The translations under genes and the position numbers were made by a program. Source: the human T2T-CHM13v2.0 reference genome, Homo sapiens. Taken from it: a stretch of 64,000 bases of DNA. Location of the stretch: the NCBI RefSeq assembly GCF_009914755.1, contig NC_060935.1; one strand, given 5' to 3'. The notes beneath the pieces were generated by a model. The model did no database searches and had not been told where the DNA came from. It worked only from the letters and a program-made list of their open reading frames with translations. This document shows positions 58,841 to 64,000 of this stretch, piece by piece. Numbering within the stretch: position 1 is the stretch's first letter; every line of letters begins with the position of its first letter.

Positions 58841-59083
58841 AGTTAGGAGATGGGTTATTGAAATTTAACATACTTAGGAGATGGGTTATTGAAATTTAAC
58901 ACAGTTAGGAGATGGGTTATTGAAATTTAACATAGTTAGGAGATGGGTTATTGAAATTTAACATAGTTAGGAGATAGGTTATTGAGATTTAACATAGCTA
59001 GGAGACAGGTTATTGAAATTTAACATAGGAGATAGGTTATTGAGATTCAACACAGTTAGGAGATGGGTTATTGAAATTTAACA
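58841..59083. repeat. 31-bp minisatellite, 8 copies
   Basis: Unit agttaggagatgggttattgaaatttaacat; copy 7 lacks 4 bp. Confidence 0.97.
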
Positions 59084-59879
59084 GGGCTACAGCAGTCCCT
59101 CCATTAGGACCTTCCTTCCTCATCTTACAAGATGAGAAGAATAGATACTTATTACAGATATCATCATTACTAGTTACACACAATGCAGGAAAGGAGGATC
59201 AGATACTCCTGGAGGCTGTTCTTCATCACACATGCTTTTCTCAATGCATGTATATGTGTGTTATATGAGTTATCTCAAACAGTTCCACCTCTGACTTGGT
59301 TTGTTCTTTGAGCTGTAATGTATTTAAAAGTCACTGTCACTATTTGTGGGGGGGATGTGTGTGTGTGTTTGAAACATTCTGAGAAAAATCTGTATAGTGA
59401 TGATATGTGCCTTTATGGGCATCTTGTAATGTTGACTGGTGACTTTTTGTTTTTCTGATGCTTTTTATCTCTGAGATTTTTACTTTTTTTAATAAAATTA
59501 TCTCCTGGGTTTCCTCTTACATTTACATTCTGCAGAAGTCTTAGTCCCTTTTTGATCAATTTCTTTATTGAACAGTCTTTTACCATTCCTCAACACATCC
59601 AGAGTCACACTTGATAACTCATGTGAGGCCTAAAAACATCAGACTTTCTTTCAGAAGAGACATAGGCTTTCAAAATAAGCTCCAGAGCTGCTTCTCATTC
59701 TTGACCCAGTCGTCACTGAAGTTCCATGAAGTATTAATCCCAAACCAACATGAGCCTTTTTCAACCTTGCAACAGCTTCCAATTTCTCTCTTAGAAAACC
59801 ATGTGTTCCTCTTAAATATTCATCTCTCTCAGAATGCAAAAGTGCACCTTCACAATGAGAACTAGGGAAAAAAATTTAT

Positions 59880-62560
59880 CTATTCAGCATTGACCTGAGG
59901 GTTCTGGCCACTGCTATCAGGCAAGGGAAATAAACACAAGGTATAAAGATCCAAAAGAAATATTCACAGATAAAGTCACTGTTTATAGAAAAAAAAATCC
60001 AAAATACACTTCTACAGACAAATTATTACAACAAAAGAGTGATTTTAACATGGTCATTGAATCATTGAATACAAGGACATTATATAAAAACTGTTTTTCT
60101 GTGTACTAGCAATCAACAATTTGTAAATGAAGTAAAAAAAATCAGTTAAGATAGTATTAAAAAAACTGAAGAATAAATCTGACAAAAGATGTGTAATACC
60201 TTTATGCTGAAAATTATTGAACAATATTGAGAGAAATCTCAACTCCTAAATCAGTGGAAAGATATAGTATGTTCACAGTCTGGAAGATTCAATATTTTTG
60301 TGATGTCAATTATGTACAAATTAATCTACATATTCAGTACAATCTCAATCAAAATTCAAGCAGGTTTTTCATTGGAGATTAAAAAGTTGATTTTAAAATA
60401 TTTATATTCAGGGATCTAGAACTGCCAAGAATACTTTGGATTAAAAAAAAAAGTTCAAGGACTTAACTAAAACCTCACTATAAAGCTATAATAATTAAAA
60501 GTTCATGTTGGTGCAAGAAAAGACAAACAGACCGATGGAATGGAACCGAGAGCCCAGAAACAGATCTATACTTATACAGTCACTTTATTTATATAAAACT
60601 ACTGCAATTATAGGGAGAAAGGATGGTCTTTTAAATACATGATGCTGGAACAAATGCATATTTCTATATTTTAAAAAAATAACCTGGGCTGTTCTTCACA
60701 GTGTCCACAAAATTAATTTCATATGAATCATAGTCGTAAATGCTAAAGGGAAAACAATACAAATTTTAGAAGAAAATATCATCATGCCCTTGGGGTAGGC
60801 AAAGCTTTCTTAAATAATACACAGAGAATCCTAATCATAAAAGGGAAGTTTTATCGATAAAACTTCATTAAAATTAAGAACTCTGTTCCTTAAACAACAC
60901 CATTTAAAAAGTGAAAAGGCAGCCATTTACTTGGATAAAATATTTATAATAATTATATTTAAGAAAAGAATCATATCCAGAATACACAAAGAACTCCTAC
61001 AAATCAATAAGGAAAAGACAAACAATTCAGTATAACCAATGGGCAAGCTCTTCACAAAAGAAGATATCCAAATAGACAATAAACATATGAAAAGAGGTTC
61101 CGCCTCATGACTTTTCAGAAAAATGCAAATTAAAACCACAACAAGTTGCCATAGTTTTCCAACTACAAGTCCACCTCAATAACTAAAGCCAAAAAGACTG
61201 ACAATTTCAAGTGTCAGTGAAGATAAGCGCAACTGGAACCCTCATACATTCCTGGAGCAAGTGTAAATAGATAAACCATTTGAAAAACATTTCTATCATA
61301 TTTTTAATACCTAATAACCAAGAGAAATAAGTACACATGTTCATCAAAATGCTAAAGCAACCTTTGTTTGCCAAGCCTCTAGTTTTATAAAACATGACGA
61401 GAGGGACTCCATCTTGAAGTAAATAGCTAGGCACTCTCAAGACACCTATAAAGTTAATGCTTATGATCTTAAAACAGCCACATTCTAAGCTGACCACCAA
61501 TTATAATTACAAAATATTTATGGCGATAAAGAACATTTCCCACCAAGCCTACAGATGCCCAGATGTCCTAAGTGTGCAGCCCACTTTACTTAAAAATAAA
61601 ATCAATGAGCAGGCTTAGGTTAAAGATTAATGGTCATTATAGCAGCAATGGCCCCTACCTTTAGTGAGCACATCTGCACATTCCATGTTTAATTAACTCC
61701 TAAAAACGTTTTAAAAGTAGAGATACTAACAAAGGATGTAGCATTTTTCTTCCTGCTTTCTGAAAATGCCCTACTCTGTAATGGAGTAGTTTTCAATAAA
61801 CTTGCTGCTTTCACTGTGCTCTGTGACTCCTCTCAAATTATTTTCTGTGCAAGATCCAAGAACCGTTTTTGGGGTCTGGATCGGGATGCTCTTTTTCCAG
61901 CAACAAAAAAGACATACACAAGGATGTTAACAGCAGCTTTATTCATAATTTTCCCAAACTTAAAACAATATAAATGTTTATTTTCAGGAAAGAGAAATTG
62001 TGTGTGTGTGTATACACACATGTATATGCACACTTTTTCATGTATATATAAGTATTCACATATATACTTACATATATTCATCTAATGGAATACCATACAG
62101 TGATGAAAAAGAAAGGACTACTATACACAACAACTTGGATGAATTTCACACACATTTTGTTGAGTGACACAAACCTAACACAAAACAGTATATACAAATA
62201 CAATTCCGTTTATATAAAGCTCAAGAAGAGGCAAAATTAATAAATGATTATAAAAGCCAGAATAATAGTTACCATTTTAGGGTGGGCGTTAACAGGGGAA
62301 TGTGCTAGAAATGTTTTTCTTTAGTTTTTTTAACATGCACAAGGAGGCTGCATAGAAATGCTTTATATCTTTTTTTTCTTTATTTCTTTTTCTATAACCT
62401 CAGAAGGGAAGAAATGTTTTATATCTTGATCTGGGTAGTGGTTACATGAGCATTCACATGTGGAAAAATTCAATAAGCTCTACACTTAAGATTGATACAT
62501 TTTATGGTATATATTTAAACCTCAAATTTATAAACTTTTTCAAAAAATTAATAAGTTATT
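59880..62560 (+). mobile_element. Ancient L1M (MC/ME) ORF2 3' half and 3'UTR, split by an LTR
   Basis: ggaagattcaatatt, gaccgatggaatgg, aaatgcaaattaaaaccaca. Confidence 0.75.
61350..61905 (+). mobile_element. MER41-family ERV1 solo LTR
   Basis: gactccatcttg near the 5' end; ends agatccaagaacc...ggggtctggatcggga...caaca; AAAA flanks. Confidence 0.7.
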
Positions 62561-62949
62561 ATGTAGTAGGGTTGGCACCTATTAAAAGAAATTTTGGGAA
62601 ACACAGAATCAGGGTTTTTCCTTATTTTGCCAGAATTGTCCAGAAACATAATTCCTCCAAGTCAGAACAGACTCATCTGTTTTTAAAACAGAATTAAACC
62701 TCATGGCCAACTAATTGGACTCTTTCCCAAAGAGAGATATACCTCACACAAACAGCTGTGTCTTAAAGATCAAGTTTTTGTTATAGCCTACAAGCTATGG
62801 AAAATTCTGCCAGATGATTTGGAGACATTCATTTCTCCTTTATTTCTTGCTAGCAGAGCCACACTTTTGTTCAGGGTCCACCAGTTCTCCACCCGACCTC
62901 TAGGAAGGTGACTCTACCCATAGGTCCGAGGTAAGGCCTGATTCAGATA

Positions 62950-63476
62950 TAGGGGGAAGAAAAAATAGTTTTTCCTCTACCCTTCTAAGTTCTAAACTGG
63001 AGCCTCTTTAACAGAAGACAGATTAACAAGAGAAAAACAAAGAGAAGTGTATTAACATGTATATCCCATATATACATGGGAGATGCCCAGGGAAATGAGT
63101 ATCTCTCAGAGAGTTGGCTTAGAATTCAGGTTTAAATACTATCTGCAGCTAAAAACAAAGTCATGAGGGTGATCAGGAAAAGTACAGTAAATGAGAGAAA
63201 GGGTTTGTTATGCAGATTTTACTCAGTGCCTCCTCCCTTGCTGAAGAGTCTCTTGTTTAGAGTCTTCATTCTCTCCTGGCATAGAGAGAAAGTCACGCTT
63301 ACAAATGCAGAGTCCCCTCATAAAGTACATTTCCCTTACAAAAGGGCAGTGTATTTATTCTGTTCAAGGAGCTTCTCCTGTATCTGCTGTGTCTCAAAAT
63401 AGTCAGCTCAAAATAATCCTGACACCAAAGGGGCATATTTTGGGATTTGGGGGTGGCATATTCTTCTGATCCCACA
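62950..63476 (-). mobile_element. MER34-like ERV1 solo LTR
   Basis: Minus-strand start tgtgggatcagaagaatatgccaccccc. Confidence 0.7.
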
Positions 63477-63574
63477 GAGTAAATTATAGTGATTTCTGTT
63501 CCCTTGGCTGGGAATGGTCTAGGGGTGAGCATGTGACACAGTTCTGTTAAGTCACATGGAAAGAGATCTGCTGT

Positions 63575-64000
63575 TGACATTCTCTTTGCAAAAATTATAA
63601 CAGTGAGAAAATTGTGTCAGTGGGGGAGATCTTATCTAGCCAACCCCACCTCTTGCCTTTAGCCTTCAAGCTGCCTTTAATTATTTCTGGGCTTAGGCCA
63701 AACTAACTTTGGCAGACATTTAGTTTACAGTTTAAATGATAATAGCCTTTCCCCAAAATTCAGCCACCTTTGTAAAGCTAATAAGAGAGCACCAGGCTAG
63801 GAGGATAGAGGATCCTGAATTCTGCTAGGTAGAAGTAAACTTATGACTGCCAGCCATTCTTCCAGGGGGTCACAAGATATGCAGCTCCCCAGTTACTCCT
63901 GCAGAGAACATCACAATTGTAGAACCTAAGATTGGCCTTTTGAGATATCTTTTCAGGTGTTTTACCTGTCTGAGAACCAGTGGCTCCACCTGGACCTGCC
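63575..64000 (+). mobile_element. LTR8A/B-like ERV1 LTR (runs off the window end)
   Basis: ctttgcaaaaattataacagtgagaaaatt...ccttcaagctgcct...aacctaagattggccttttgagat. Confidence 0.75.

Noticed and set aside
58841-59083. CRISPR-like array (31-bp repeats)
   Set aside because: The repeats are head-to-tail with no unique spacers, there are no cas genes, and the DNA is primate.

Overview
Primate (human-like) genomic DNA that is repeat-dense and shows no recognisable intact protein-coding gene; it reads as intergenic or intronic. The long ORFs all belong to one dead, near full-length L1PA (33790-39148), which carries a ~0.79 kb internal deletion. The only host-gene-derived sequence I recognise is a full-length RPL26 processed pseudogene (minus strand, ~43245-43732). 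The rest is Alu/FLAM, old L1M, L2, MIR, MaLR (a THE1C provirus and an MST/MLT1A provirus), MLT2, ERV1 LTRs, MITEs and a 31-bp minisatellite. Most unusual: (1) a 313-bp, indel-free, ~94% identical inverted repeat of apparently non-TE sequence (22835-23147 / 23678-23990) beside a promoter-like motif cluster; (2) a ~635-bp poly(A)-tailed insert with a perfect 16-bp TSD but no cognate L1, i.e. an orphan retrocopy or transduction (18008-18642); (3) a MaLR provirus whose two LTRs look like different subfamilies; (4) a twin-priming L1 and two template-switch micro-inversions. Repeat subfamily names come from recalled consensus sequences, not a database search, and boundaries of old repeats are approximate.
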